Assembly: GCA_963773685.1 (NCBI GenBank)
Contig: CAVZBY010000002.1
Location: forward strand, 274,038 to 338,037
DNA: 64,000 bases
Direction: 5' to 3'
DNA from: Candidatus Aminicenantes bacterium
Lineage (GTDB): Bacteria > Acidobacteriota > Aminicenantia > Aminicenantales > Saccharicenantaceae
The position numbers were made by a program, and so were the translations under genes. This document shows positions 19,005 through 29,710 of this stretch, piece by piece. Under the pieces are notes generated by a model. That model was not told the DNA's origin. It saw nothing but the letters and a program-made list of their open reading frames with translations, and ran no database searches. The stretch's first letter is position 1, and each line of letters begins with the position of its first letter.

Positions 19005-22000
19005 TTGACCCGGAGGCCACCCATGACGATTCGGACCAGACTCGCGGCCGCGCTCGGGATCGCGGTACTCCTGGCGTTGCCGGCATTCGCCGCAAGCGAA
19101 CGGCCGATGCTCTTCCAAGAACCTTCGATAAGCGACGCGGCGGTCGTATTCGCGTTCGCCGGGGACCTCTGGACGGCCCCCCGTAACGGCGGGACCGCCC
19201 GCCGCCTGACGGCCGGCGCCGGGGTCGAGAGCCGCCCGGTCTTTTCGCCCGACGGGAGCCTCGTGGCCTTTACCGGCGAGTATGACGGGAATACCGACGT
19301 CTACGTCATTCCCGCTTCGGGCGGCGTGCCGCTCCGGCTCACGCACCACCCGGACGCCGATACGGTGATCGGTTGGACGCCGGACGGCAAGCGGGTCCTC
19401 TTCATCTCGTCGCGCCTCAACTTTTCGCCGTTGCCCCAGCTGTTCACGGTTCCCGCCGAGGGCGGATTCCCCATGCCCCTTCCGCTGCCCTCGGGAACAT
19501 GGGCTTCTTACTCGCCCGACGGCAGGCGCCTGGCTTATGTGCCCAAGGCCCAGTGGCAGAGGTCCTGGAAGCGCTACCAGGGCGGGCAGACCTATCCCAT
19601 CTGGATCATCGACCTCGCCGGCCTCAAGGTCGAGAAGGTCCCGAGGGAGAATTCCAACGACTTCAATCCCATGTGGATAGAGGATAAAGTCTATTTTCTG
19701 TCCGACCGCAAGGGCGCCGTCTCGCTCTTCGCCTATGATCTGGCCACGAAGTCGGTGGCCGAGGTCCTTCCCAACGACGGGTTCGATTTCAAGTCCGCCT
19801 CGGCCGGACCCGGCGGCATCGTCATCGAACAGCTCGGATCCCTTCTCCTCTTCGATCCGGCGACGGCCAAGTCCCGGAAGCTGGATGTCCGGGTCGACGG
19901 GGACCTGGCGGAGGTCCGGCCGCGTTTCGTCAAGGTCGGGAGCCGCATCGCCGCCGCCAACATCTCGCCGAACGGGGCCCGGGCCGTCTTTGAAGCCCGC
20001 GGGGAGATCCTGACCGTCCCGGCCGAGAAGGGCGACATCCGGAACCTGACCCGGACGGCCGGGGTCATGGAGCGCGATCCGTCCTGGTCGCCCGACGGGC
20101 GCTCCATTGCCTATTTCTCGGAAGCCTCCGGCGAATATGCCCTCCATATCATCGACCAGGCGGGAAAGGGCCCGGTGAAGAAGATCGGACTCGGCGAGCC
20201 GCCCTCCTTCTATTACAGGCCCGTGTGGTCGCCCGACGGAAAGAAGATCGCCTATAACGACAAGAGGCTCGCCCTCTGGTACGTGGACGTCGAAAAGGGC
20301 GTCCCGGCGAGGGTCGACACGACCTTTTATTATAATCCGGTGTTCGGGTTCCACGCCGGCTGGTCCCCGGACAGCCGGTGGCTCGTCTATACGAAACAGC
20401 TGAAGAACCACTTCAACGCCGTATGCGTCTATTCCCTCGAAACGGGGAAGACCTCTCAGCTCACCGACGGCATGAGCGATGCCCGGTTCCCGGTCTTCGA
20501 CAAGGGCGGCAAGCACCTCTTCTTCACCGCCAGCACCGATGTCGGCCTGCTGCCCGGCTGGCTCAACATGTCCAGCATGGATCGGCCCGTGACCCGGAGC
20601 GTCTATGTCGCCGTGCTCCGCAAGGACCTGCCTTCGCCCCTCGCGGCCGAGAGCGACGAGGAAAAGCCCAAGGAAGAGGACAAGGCCGATAAGGCCAAGC
20701 CCGCTGATAAGGGAGAAAGAGACAAAAAGGATGCCGGCAAGCCCGAGGACAAGGCCAAGGAGCCCGAGAAGGTCGTCATCGACCTCGAGGGCATCGGCCA
20801 GAGGATCCTGGCCCTGCCCGTCGAGGCCAAGGACTACGTCGAACTGGCCGCGGGCAAGGAGGGGATCCTCTTCATCCATGAAGGGCCTCCCGTCACGAGC
20901 GGCTTCGGCGCCCCGGGCCAGACGTTGCATAAGTTCGACCTGGCGACCCGGAAGCTCGACAAGTTCCTGGACGGCGTCAACGGCTTCGTCGTTTCGGCGA
21001 CCGGAGAAAAGATCCTCCTGAACCAGGGCGAGTCATGGTCCATCGCCGCCGCGGCCGGGCCCGTGGAGCCGGGCAAGGGCGTGCTCAAGACCTCCGAGAT
21101 GGAGGTCTATGCCGAGCCGCTCGTCGAATGGAGGCAGATGTTCCACGAGGCCCTGCGCCTCGAGACGGGACTTCTTCTACGATCCCGACCTCCATGGCCT
21201 GAACCTCGAGGCGACGAAGGCGCGCTACGCCCCGTTCCTCGAAGGGCTTGGGAGCCGTGGCGACCTGAACTATCTCTTCGAGGATATGCTCGGAGAGCTC
21301 ACCTGCGGCCACGTCTTCGTGAGCGGGGGCGACCAGCCCGAAGTCAAGCCGATCCCCACCGGCCTGCTCGGCGCCGATTACGAGATCTCGGACGGCCGCT
21401 ACCGGTTCGCCAGGGTCTATGACGGGGAGAACTGGAATCCGCGCCTCAAGGCGCCGCTGACCCAGCCGGGCGTCAACGTCAAGGCCGGAGAGTACCTCCT
21501 GGCCGTCAACGGGCGGGACGTCCCCGCCTCCGACGAGATATACAAGCTCTTCGTCGGGACGTCCGGGAAGCAGACGACGATCAAGGTCGGGCCGAGCCCC
21601 GACGGCAAAGCCGCCCGCGAAGTCACGGTCGTTCCCGTGGCCAACGAGTACGGCCTCCGCAACCGGGCCTGGGTCGAGGACAACCGGAGGAAGGTCGACG
21701 CCCTGAGCGGCGGAAAACTGGGCTATGTCTGGATCCCGGATACGGGCGACGGCGGCTTTACCTACTTCAACCGTTACTATTTCGCCCAGGTCGGCAAGGA
21801 GGGCGTGGTCGTCGACGAGCGGTTCAACAGCGGCGGCCTCATCGCCGATTACATCATCGATTACATGCGCCGCCCGCTGGCCGGCTATTTCGCCGTCCCG
21901 CGACGGGGCCGATTACATCACGCCCGTAGGCTCGATCTACGGGCCCAAGGCGATGATCATCAATGAGTATGCCGGCTCGGGCGGGGACATGATGCCCTGG

Positions 22001-22324
22001 CTGTTCCGGGCGGCCGGGATCGGGCCCCTCGTCGGGACCCGGACCTGGGGCGGGCTGGTCGGCATGGCCGGGGCCGCTCCCCTCATGGACGGCGGATTCA
22101 CCGGCGCCCCCCAGAGCGGGTTCTGGAATCCGAACGGGACCTGGGACGTCGAGAATTGGGGCGTCGCGCCCGACGTCGAAGTGGAGATGGACCCGGCATC
22201 CGTCAAGGCGGGTCACGATCCCCAGCTCGAGGCGGCCGTAAAGGTCGTCCTCGGCCTCCTGGAAAAGAACCCGCCGGCGAAGCACACGAAACCGGCCTAT
22301 CCGGTCTATAAAAGGAATTGGTGA
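19005..22324 (+). CDS. tricorn-protease homolog (S41 family, beta-propeller/PDZ/catalytic domains), at least 2 frame shifts near 21150 and 21890
   Basis: About 1100 aa reconstructed from ORFs 19005..21422, 21109..21966 and 21725..22324. Signal peptide, repeated ..SPDG.. WD-like propeller repeats, and a C-terminal ..AGSGGDMMPWLFRAAGIGPLVGTRTWGG.. block. It contains a K/E/D-rich low-complexity insert at about 20650..20775. Confidence 0.7.
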
Positions 22325-22935
22325 GAGTTCCGGCGATCCTTCTTGCCGGCCCGACAGGCTCGGGGAAAACGCCGCTCGGGGATCTCCTGGAGCGGGAGGG
22401 CTTGGGCGGACGGAGATGCCGCCACTTCGATTTCGGCGCCCGACTGAGGGACGCGGCCTCCTCCAAAGCCCCGCCGGGATTCACCCCGCATGACATCGAG
22501 GTCATCAGGCGCTCCCTGACCACCGGGGCGCTTTTCGAGGATGCCGAATTCCCCGTCGCCGTGAAGATGTTCCGCCTCTTCGCGGCCTCGGATGAGGCGC
22601 GGAGCGGGGACCTCATCGTCTTGAACGGATTCCCCCGGCATCTCGGGCAGGCGCGGGCCCTCGAAGGAGACGTCGCGGTCGAGGCGGTCGTCCTTCTCGA
22701 AGCTCCGGCCGAGGTCGTCGCGGACAGGATCCGCCGGGATACGGAAGGGGATAGGGGAGGCCGGGCCGACGATTCCCCGGCCGAGATCCTGAGGAAGCTC
22801 GAGACGTTCCGCGAAAGGACCCTTCCTCTCCTCGACTTTTATGCTTCGCGGGGGGCTAAGATCGCGCGGGTCCCTGTCACGGCTTCCTCGACGGCGGTAG
22901 ACCACCTGGCCGCTCTTCTCGAGCAATTGTTCTAG
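22318..22935 (+). CDS. adenylate-kinase-like nucleoside-monophosphate kinase
   Basis: P-loop GPTGSGKT, LNGFPRHLGQARAL (matching AK LDGFPRT..QA) and an R..D..GRADD..ILRKL..F lid region. TTG or GTG start. Confidence 0.6.
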   Translation: MVRVPAILLAGPTGSGKTPLGDLLEREGLGGRRCRHFDFGARLRDAASSKAPPGFTPHDIEVIRRSLTTGALFEDAEFPVAVKMFRLFAASDEARSGDLIVLNGFPRHLGQARALEGDVAVEAVVLLEAPAEVVADRIRRDTEGDRGGRADDSPAEILRKLETFRERTLPLLDFYASRGAKIARVPVTASSTAVDHLAALLEQLF

Positions 22936-22990
22936 CCGCCCGCGATAAATCCCGCCCTGCATAGGGCCGAGGGCCGCGATTTCTTTCCTT

Positions 22991-23110
22991 CCCTGTAAAA
23001 GGGGATCGATGGATTCGATCCTCCTGGGGCTGGGGGAGCTAATCCTCCCCTTTATAAAAGGGGGGTTGGGGGGAGAAATTCCCCCCTTTGTAAAAGGGGG
23101 GCTGGGGGGA
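22991..23110. repeat. tandem hairpin-forming repeat of about 35 bp (3 copies of GGGGG(C/T)TGGGGGGA..CCCCTTTRTAAAAGGGG) between convergent genes. Candidate bidirectional terminator
   Basis: Hairpins CCCTGTAAAAGGGG (22991), CCCCTTTATAAAAGGGGGG (23047) and CCCCCCTTTGTAAAAGGGGGG (23081). The G-tract units recur at 23026, 23061 and 23097. Confidence 0.5.
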
Positions 23111-23122
23111 TTTTATAATGCC

Positions 23123-24460
23123 CTAGGAAAGCTTCCGGGCCTCCATATAGAACCTCTTCTCCCAGGCCTCGCCCATGGAGAAGGTCTTGCGCGGCAGGGC
23201 CCCGTCCAGAATGACCGTGCGGAAGAGCTGGTTCTTGTCCATGGCCGGCAGGTAGAAGCCCCGGTTCCCGGCCAGGCTTCCGATCTTGACGACGGCGTCG
23301 GTCCCATGGACGTAGTCGATGCCCGCCGCTCCCCGGTTCTTCAGGAAGGCGTCGAGGAAGCTCTGAAGAGTTCCGACGGCCAGGTTGGAATCCGGGCCTT
23401 CGATCTCGATGACGCCGAACTCGCCGGCGCGGATGACGCCGATCCGGTGCTTTCCCGACGGCGCGCCGTCGACGGCGGCCTTCATGGCCCGAAAATCGCC
23501 CGCCGGCTCGAAGGAATAGCGTCCGCGGTAGAAGTCCTTCATCTCCTCGAGAGGGTAGCGCCCCGGGGCCGTGTCGAAGATGACCCGGTGGATCGGTTCG
23601 AAGCTCAGGGCGTCATCATGGAGGTTGACCAGCTCGACGAGGGCGTGCCTCAACGGCGAGGACATGATCGCGGCCGGATCGGGGGCGGACTCCTTGGCCT
23701 TTTCCCATATGGCCTTGGCCGTCGCCAGGGAATGGTTGCCGTCGCCCATCGCATAAAGAAGGACGGGCGTCCCCGGAGGCAGGCCGAACCGGCCCGCAAA
23801 ATGCGCCGGGTCGGCCAGGCCTTCCAGGGCCCGGACGACGCCGTGCTCCAGGGCGGGTTCGCTCACCCGGCGGCCGGCCAGGCGCCCGGAGTCCATCATC
23901 AGCTCGAAGTCATAGAGAAGCTCGAGGCGGTCCCGATTCCTCCGCAGGGGGCCGATCACCGTGTCCTCCGGGTCGTCGATGAGGACCATGATGTGAGGGA
24001 GCTCGAGGGGCGCGCCCTCGCGGATCCGGACCCTGGGCGGAATGCGCTCGAGGATCGTGCCTTCGGTCGCCCGGATCATGCTCGTCGAGCCCTTCCGGAA
24101 ATCGTAGTGTTCGAGGTCGAGGCAGACGACCAGCCCCTTGCGCGTGTGCCCTCCCGTCTGGCGTTCGACGTAAACGAGGCCTTCGAGCTCGCGGAACAGG
24201 CCGGAATCCAGGTACGCCTTCATGGAGCGGCGGATCCCGGCGATCCGCGCTTCGGGGTCCTTCTCGTTGAGATAGACCTCGGGATAGATGAGGTTCAACG
24301 TGGATGGGGCGGAGCCGGCCACCTCGGCGACCCTCTGCCAGTATTCGGGCTCCGACGTGTATTGATCGCAGGCGATGACGGCCCATTTCCTGAGGTCCGT
24401 GCCCGGCTTCGGGAGACTGATCTCCGGGATGCCCAGGCCGATCGATTTGTGCGTCTTCAT
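23123..24460 (-). CDS. DUF1015-family protein
   Basis: 445 aa, intact. ..DLRKWAVIACDQYTSEPEYW..RATEGTILERIPPRVR..HIMVLIDDP.. resembles conserved DUF1015 blocks. The 536-aa ORF on the + strand here is antisense noise. Confidence 0.5.
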   Translation of the reverse strand: MKTHKSIGLGIPEISLPKPGTDLRKWAVIACDQYTSEPEYWQRVAEVAGSAPSTLNLIYPEVYLNEKDPEARIAGIRRSMKAYLDSGLFRELEGLVYVERQTGGHTRKGLVVCLDLEHYDFRKGSTSMIRATEGTILERIPPRVRIREGAPLELPHIMVLIDDPEDTVIGPLRRNRDRLELLYDFELMMDSGRLAGRRVSEPALEHGVVRALEGLADPAHFAGRFGLPPGTPVLLYAMGDGNHSLATAKAIWEKAKESAPDPAAIMSSPLRHALVELVNLHDDALSFEPIHRVIFDTAPGRYPLEEMKDFYRGRYSFEPAGDFRAMKAAVDGAPSGKHRIGVIRAGEFGVIEIEGPDSNLAVGTLQSFLDAFLKNRGAAGIDYVHGTDAVVKIGSLAGNRGFYLPAMDKNQLFRTVILDGALPRKTFSMGEAWEKRFYMEARKLS

Positions 24461-24588
24461 GATGCGTTCCTTTCCTTAATATCGTGTATGAACGCCGTTG
24501 GATTTTATACATCAAAGGGCCGCCTTTTTCAACGTCTTGTCCGGCCGGACGGCGTATGGTATAAGCAGGGCGTCGAGGCGTCATCCCC

Positions 24589-26063
24589 ATGCCCAAACCG
24601 CGTTCCGCCGGTCTCGTGATCATCTGCGGGCTGGCGTCCGTCTTTCTTGCGGCGGGCTGTCAGACGCGGGCCTCGCTGACGAAGGCGAGGATGAAGAAGG
24701 TCGAAAGGGGGCTCCTCCGGGCTGTCGTCATCAAGGGGACCAAGAGCGAACGATCGCCTTTGGGCGAGCGGATGGAATTCTACAAGGTCCCCGGGGCGAG
24801 CATCGTTCTCCTCGACCGCTATGAGGTCGATTGGGCGAAAGCCTATGGATACCGCGATATCCAATCCTACGCGCCGGTAACGCCGGATACGCTCTTCCAG
24901 GCCGGGGCGCTCGGCCAGCCCGTCGCGGCGGCGGCCCTTCTCTCCCTGGTCGACCGCGGGAAGCTGGACCTGGATGCCGACGCGGGACGGGCGCTGCGTT
25001 CCTGGAAACCGGCCCTTCCGGAAAGCGGCGCCTCGAAGCCCCCGTCCTGACCCTGAGGAAGCTCTTGGCCCACGCGTCCGGCCTCGGAGGCCAGGTTTTC
25101 GAGGGCCGCCCCAGGAAGGACCCCCTGCCGTCGCTCGCTCAGGTCCTCGACGGGATTCCTCCCGCGGCGAATCGGCCCGTCCTCGAGGGGTTCCGGCCGG
25201 ACGCGATCGGCGATTCCGAATCCGGATATGTCATCGTCGAGCAGATCGCCGCCGATGCGGGCGGAATGCCGTTCCCGGCCCTTGCCGAAGAAGCCGTCCT
25301 CGGTCCGCTGGGCATGAAGGACAGCTCCTTCGAAGCGCCGCTTCCGGCGGCCCTCGAAGCCCGGGCCGCCTCCGGACACCTCCGGCAGGGACCGGGCGTT
25401 TCGGGAGGCTGGCTGAACTACTGCGAATCCGCCTCCAAGGGATTGTGGGCGACCCCGCTCGATTACGCGAGCTTCCTTGTCGGCCTCGTTTCCGACGCCA
25501 GGGGGGGGCCGAAAAAGATGTTGTCGCCCGAGTCGGCCAGGGCCGTCCTGACGCCCCAGTTCCGTGACCGGGGCTTCGGGGTCCGGGTCGGCGGGACCGG
25601 GAACGACGTCCATTTCATCGTCCGGGGGCGGACGTGCGGGTTCGCCGCCCTGGCCGTGTTCTATCCGGGCCGGGGCCAGGGACTCGTCGTCATGGCGAAC
25701 AGCGACAACGGGGGCCTGCTCGCCGACGAGATCCTGCGGGCGGCGTCGGCCGCTTACGAGTGGCCGGACTTCAAACCGGAAGAAAGGCCCCTCTATCGGC
25801 TCGACCCCTCGACCTACGCCCCGTACGTCGGGCGGTACGAGATCTCACCGGACTATGCCCTCGATGTCGCCGTCGAGGATTATTACCTCGTCGTCCGTCC
25901 GACGGGCCAGGCGCGGACGAAATTCTTTGTGGAGAGCGAGACGATCTTCTTCTCGGTAGATCCCTTCATCCGCATCCAGTTCCGGCGCGACGACAAGGGC
26001 CTCGTGGCAGGGCTCGTCCTCTGGCAGGAGGATTTCGAGCAGAAGGCCGTGAAGGTGCGATGA
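24589..26063 (+). CDS. lipoprotein paralog of the beta-lactamase-fold serine hydrolases with a degenerate active site (SxxK replaced by ALGQ), 1 frame shift near 25035
   Basis: Lipobox LAAGC. TLFQAGALGQPVAAAALLSLVDRGKLDLDAD aligns to the paralog at 62240 (TLFQAASISKAVAAGAALRLVEQGLLDLDAD), with Ser and Lys both lost. The body continues in ORF 24831..26063. Confidence 0.6.
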
Positions 26064-26996
26064 CGACCGGGGCGCTTTCGGTCCTGTTCAATCCGTCGGC
26101 CGGGCAGGGGAGGGCCCTCGGTCAACGGGGCCGCGTCGAGTCCCGACTCCGGGAGAACGGGGTCGTGTTCGACCTTGTCGTGACGCGGAGCGAAGACGAG
26201 TTGAGAAGCCTGGCCCGGACCCACGGCCGGAAATATGGGACGGTCGTCGCGGCCGGGGGCGATTCCACCTTCCATCATCGTCGCCAACGAGCTCCTGGCG
26301 ACCGGATCGGCCGCCCGCCTGGGCATGATCGGCGTCGGGTCCTCCAACGACATCGACCGGGAATTCGGTCTGGATTCGCTGGACAAGGCGTGCGCGGCGC
26401 TGCGGGCGGGACGCACGCGCCGGATCGACGCGGGGCGCATCGTCCGCGGGGGCGAGACTCGGCGCTATTTCCTGGGCCAGGCCAATGTGGGGCTCGGCGC
26501 AATGGTGAATGCGTACGTTGCGGATCTCGCCCGAAAGAGGTCCAGGCTTGCCGCGCACCAGACCCTGGCCGGGGTTCTCGGGGATCCTCAAGGCATACCG
26601 ATCGGGACGGCTTCCTGTCACGCTCGAGGTCTCGGGCGGGGATAGGGAGGTCCATGGCGGCTTCGTCCTCGCCGTCTTCGGGAACACCCGCTACTGGGCG
26701 ACCGGCAAGAATATCGTTCCCGACGCGAAGCCCGACGACGGAGTCCTCGACGCGTGCCTTGTCGAAGCGTGCCCGTTCGTGCGGCTCGATCCGGATCGCG
26801 GTCCTGGCGTCGCGCGGGGCCCACGGCCGCGCGAAAGGGGTTTCGTTCCTGAAAGCGGCGGCCTTCGACGTCTCCGGGCCGGTCCCCTTCGAGGTCCAGA
26901 CCGACGGCGAGATCCTCGGGCGGCGCGGAGCATCCGGAGATGTTCGATGCCGTCAGGTTCGACATCCTGCCCGGGGCCCTGGAGATCGTCTGCTGA
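26060..26996 (+). CDS. diacylglycerol-kinase-catalytic-domain lipid kinase (YegS/BmrU-like), at least 4 frame shifts
   Basis: The ATG overlaps the upstream stop (ATGA). ..AAGGDSTF.. corresponds to the GGDGT motif, followed by IIVANELL, ..GQANVGLGAMV.., ..VFGNTRYWATGKNIVPDAKPDDGVLDACLV.., ..FEVQTDGEIL.. and ..FDILPGALEIVC* in four different frames. Confidence 0.5.
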
Positions 26997-27009
26997 GCGG
27001 GGCCGCGGA

Positions 27010-27535
27010 TCAGCGCGTCACGCTGCGGATGCCCTCTTTGACGTAGGCTTCCCAGAACTCCCGGTAATGCGATCGCACTCTCGGCGATCTTCTCGATCTC
27101 TTCGGGCGTGAGCTTTCTGACGACCTTGGCGGGGGAGCCCAGGAGGAGCGTCCCCTCCGGATATGTCTTTCCCGGCGGGACGAGGGAGCCGGCGCCGACG
27201 ATGGAATCGCGGGAGATGACACAGCCGTCGAGGAGGACGGCCCCCATGCCGACGATGCAGTTGTCGCCGACCGTGCAGGCGTGGAGAATGGCTCCGTGCC
27301 CCACCGTGACCGCGCGGCCGAGGACCGTATTCCGGCCGTGATCGACATGGACGACGCCATTGTCCTGGATGTTGGTATTCTCGCCGATGACGATATCGGC
27401 GATGTCCGCACGGAGGACGCTGTTGTACCAGACGCTCGCTCCGGCGGCCAGCACGACGCGTCCGATGAGCCGGGCGCCTTCGGCGATGAAGGTTTCCGGA
27501 TCGAGCACCGGGAGCCTTTCCTTGAGTTGTTCCAT
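27010..27535 (-). CDS. gamma-class carbonic anhydrase / hexapeptide-repeat (PaaY/YrdA-like) protein, 1 frame shift near 27065
   Basis: ..VWYNSVLRADIADIVIGENTNIQDNGVVHVD..VTVGHGAILHACTVGDNCIVGMGAVLLDGCVI.. is a left-handed beta-helix. The C-terminus ..YREFWEAYVKEGIRSVTR* lies in another frame. Confidence 0.65.
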
Positions 27536-27588
27536 TCCGACCTCCGTACCTGCGATCGTTCCCTTCTTCGGCGCGGCGCCCTTCCGGC

Positions 27589-28052
27589 GCTAGAAGACGA
27601 TGAGGACGAGAAGCTCCGCGACCACAGCCGGCCGTCCTTCGCCTTCGATCTCCATCGTATTCCCGACCGTCGCCAGCATCCGGCGGAAGCCCTTCCGCTC
27701 GACGCTCTCGAGGACGGCGCGGTTGCGGACCCGTGCCGCCCGTCGGGACGGGGCTGACGAAGCGGACGCGGTTCAGTCCGTAATTGACCGCCATCCTGGG
27801 CCCCTCGCGGAGCAGGGCGCTTTGACCGAGGAAATGGGGCAGGAGGGAGAGGAGGAGGAATCCGTGAGCGACGGTGCCGCCGAGAGGGCCTTCCGCGGCC
27901 TTCACGCGGTCCACGTGGATCCACTGGCGGTCCTCGGTGCATTCGGCGAACGCGTCGACCCGTTCCTGGGTCACCGTGAGCCATTCGGATAGGCCGATCT
28001 CCTTTCCGACGAGGGCCCTGAGCTTTCTAGGGGTCAACCGGTCCCGAGCCAT
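27589..28052 (-). CDS. MaoC-like (hotdog-fold) dehydratase, 1 frame shift near 27740
   Basis: ..GLSEWLTVTQERVDAFAECTEDRQWIHVD..GGTVAHGFLLLSL..AVNYGLNRVRFVSPV.. The C-terminus ..LIVF* is in another frame. Confidence 0.55.
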
Positions 28053-28178
28053 GGACCCGATATATCAGGAATCGTTTCCCAAGTAAAGAAGGCCGGCCGC
28101 AGGTCGGTCCCGCCGCCTTCTCAAATCCCCGGGAGTCGGGTATACTAAGGACTTCGGCCGGTCGGATAAAGGATAGAG

Positions 28179-28883
28179 ATGAAAAAAATGACGCTTTTTC
28201 TGGCCGCGGTCCTGGCGGCATGGACTCCGGCGCGGGCCGACGACCTGATCGCCCCGGCCGTCCGTTGGGACCGGACCTCGACGAGCAGGCCGTTCCTCAC
28301 GGTTTCGGTTCTCAGGAACACCCTTGAAGGCGACCTCGACGGGCTTCTTGCGTTGGGGACCACGGAGAAGGTCTTCTATATCCCCAAGCTGGACCCGGGG
28401 CTCGGCCTCAGCGTCGGCTATGGGAGGATCCGCAAGAACGGGCTCTGGATGGTCAATATCACGCGTTCCTTCCACAACGCCACGTTCCGCGGCACGGATA
28501 GCTCGGCTTCGTACAACGCGGTCGAGTTCGGCGGCCGGGGCTATCTATGGTCCCGGGCGCCGGTCCGGCCTTATCTCCAAGCGGGGTTCGGCATGTCGCT
28601 GCTCCACGTCCGCGATGCGGCCGAGCGGGGCGGGACGATCTACGACGCCAACTATATAGGCCTGTCGGTCAACGGCGGGGCCGGCGTTCATGTCCCGCTG
28701 GGCCCGCGGATGTTCCTGACCGGAGGCGCGACCTACCGCTTTTTCGCCGGAATGTACGCCAAGGGCCCGGGGCGGGGCCGGGACGTCACCAACCTCTACA
28801 TCGATCGCACCGGTCCGAGGCGTCATATTTTCCTCAAGGTCCCGGGACTCCGGCTGGAGGCCGGCGTCGGTTACTTCTTCTGA
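28179..28883 (+). CDS. outer-membrane beta-barrel protein (OmpA-like barrel / OmpW-type porin family)
   Basis: 234 aa, intact. Signal peptide MKKMTLFLAAVLAAWTPARA, alternating amphipathic beta-strands and a C-terminal GVGYFF. Confidence 0.5.
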   Translation: MKKMTLFLAAVLAAWTPARADDLIAPAVRWDRTSTSRPFLTVSVLRNTLEGDLDGLLALGTTEKVFYIPKLDPGLGLSVGYGRIRKNGLWMVNITRSFHNATFRGTDSSASYNAVEFGGRGYLWSRAPVRPYLQAGFGMSLLHVRDAAERGGTIYDANYIGLSVNGGAGVHVPLGPRMFLTGGATYRFFAGMYAKGPGRGRDVTNLYIDRTGPRRHIFLKVPGLRLEAGVGYFF

Positions 28884-28927
28884 TCGGCCCCGCGACGCGG
28901 GCCAACCCACGACGAGGATTCCTATCG

Positions 28928-29674
28928 ATGTATAAGGACCTTTCGGGCAAAAGAGTCGTGATCACGGGGGGGGCGAGCGGTATCGGGCTGGCGACGGCCC
29001 TTCGGTTCGTCGCGGAAGGGGCCCGGGTTGCGATCATGGATATCGACCGCTCGGGTCTGACGGCCGCTGTCGAGCGCCACCCGGGCTTCCGTGCGGCGAT
29101 CGAAGCGGATGTCAGCGATCCCGCCCGGGTCGAAGGGGCCTTCCGGGAAGCGGACGCCTGTCTCGGAGGCGTCGACGTTCTCGTCGCCAACGCGGGGATC
29201 AGCGTTCGCAGGGATTTCACGGACATCCCGAACGAGCAGTGGGCGCGCGTCCTCGGCGTCAATCTCCATGGCGTCTTTTATTGCGCCCGCGAGGCCGCCC
29301 GGCGGATGCAGGCGCAGGGTTCGGGCGTCATCCTGATGACGGCGTCCACGAACGGGACCGAAGGCCACCCCCTTTATGCCGACTACAACGCCTCGAAGGC
29401 GGGCGTCATCCTTCTCGCCAAGACCATGGCCCTCGAGCTGGCGCCGGCCATCCGCGTCAACGCCGTCTGCCCGGGATACGTCCTCACGCCCATGCAAAAA
29501 GCCGAATATACCCCTGAAATGCTCGAGAGCGTGAACCGGAAGATCCCCATGAAGCGCCACGCCGAACCCGACGAGGTCGCCGCCCTGTTCGCGTTCCTGG
29601 CGTCCTCGGAAGCCGCCTACATCACCGGGGCGGAGATCTGCATCGACGGCGGAGAGACCGCCGGGCTTATATAG
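28928..29674 (+). CDS. SDR-family short-chain dehydrogenase/reductase
   Basis: TGGASGIGLA cofactor motif, NAG, and the catalytic YxxxK (YNASK). 248 aa, intact. Confidence 0.8.
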   Translation: MYKDLSGKRVVITGGASGIGLATALRFVAEGARVAIMDIDRSGLTAAVERHPGFRAAIEADVSDPARVEGAFREADACLGGVDVLVANAGISVRRDFTDIPNEQWARVLGVNLHGVFYCAREAARRMQAQGSGVILMTASTNGTEGHPLYADYNASKAGVILLAKTMALELAPAIRVNAVCPGYVLTPMQKAEYTPEMLESVNRKIPMKRHAEPDEVAALFAFLASSEAAYITGAEICIDGGETAGLI

Positions 29675-29710
29675 GTCGGGGCGCCGCTCCGGCCTCTCCC
29701 GCCGGCTCAG

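Noticed and set aside
18015-20930. 971-aa ORF on the minus strand
   Set aside because: Entirely antisense to the well-supported PurF-like and tricorn genes. It has a Gly/Arg/Pro-rich composition typical of spurious ORFs in high-GC DNA.
22991-23110. Possible CRISPR array (short G-rich repeats), also considered for 33306-33460
   Set aside because: Only 2-3 copies. The repeats are G-tract/hairpin units without regular unique spacers, and there are no cas genes nearby. Better explained as terminator or structured-leader repeats.
23009-24619. 536-aa ORF on the plus strand
   Set aside because: Antisense to the intact DUF1015 gene. Low-complexity G/R/P/D-rich translation, no recognisable motifs.
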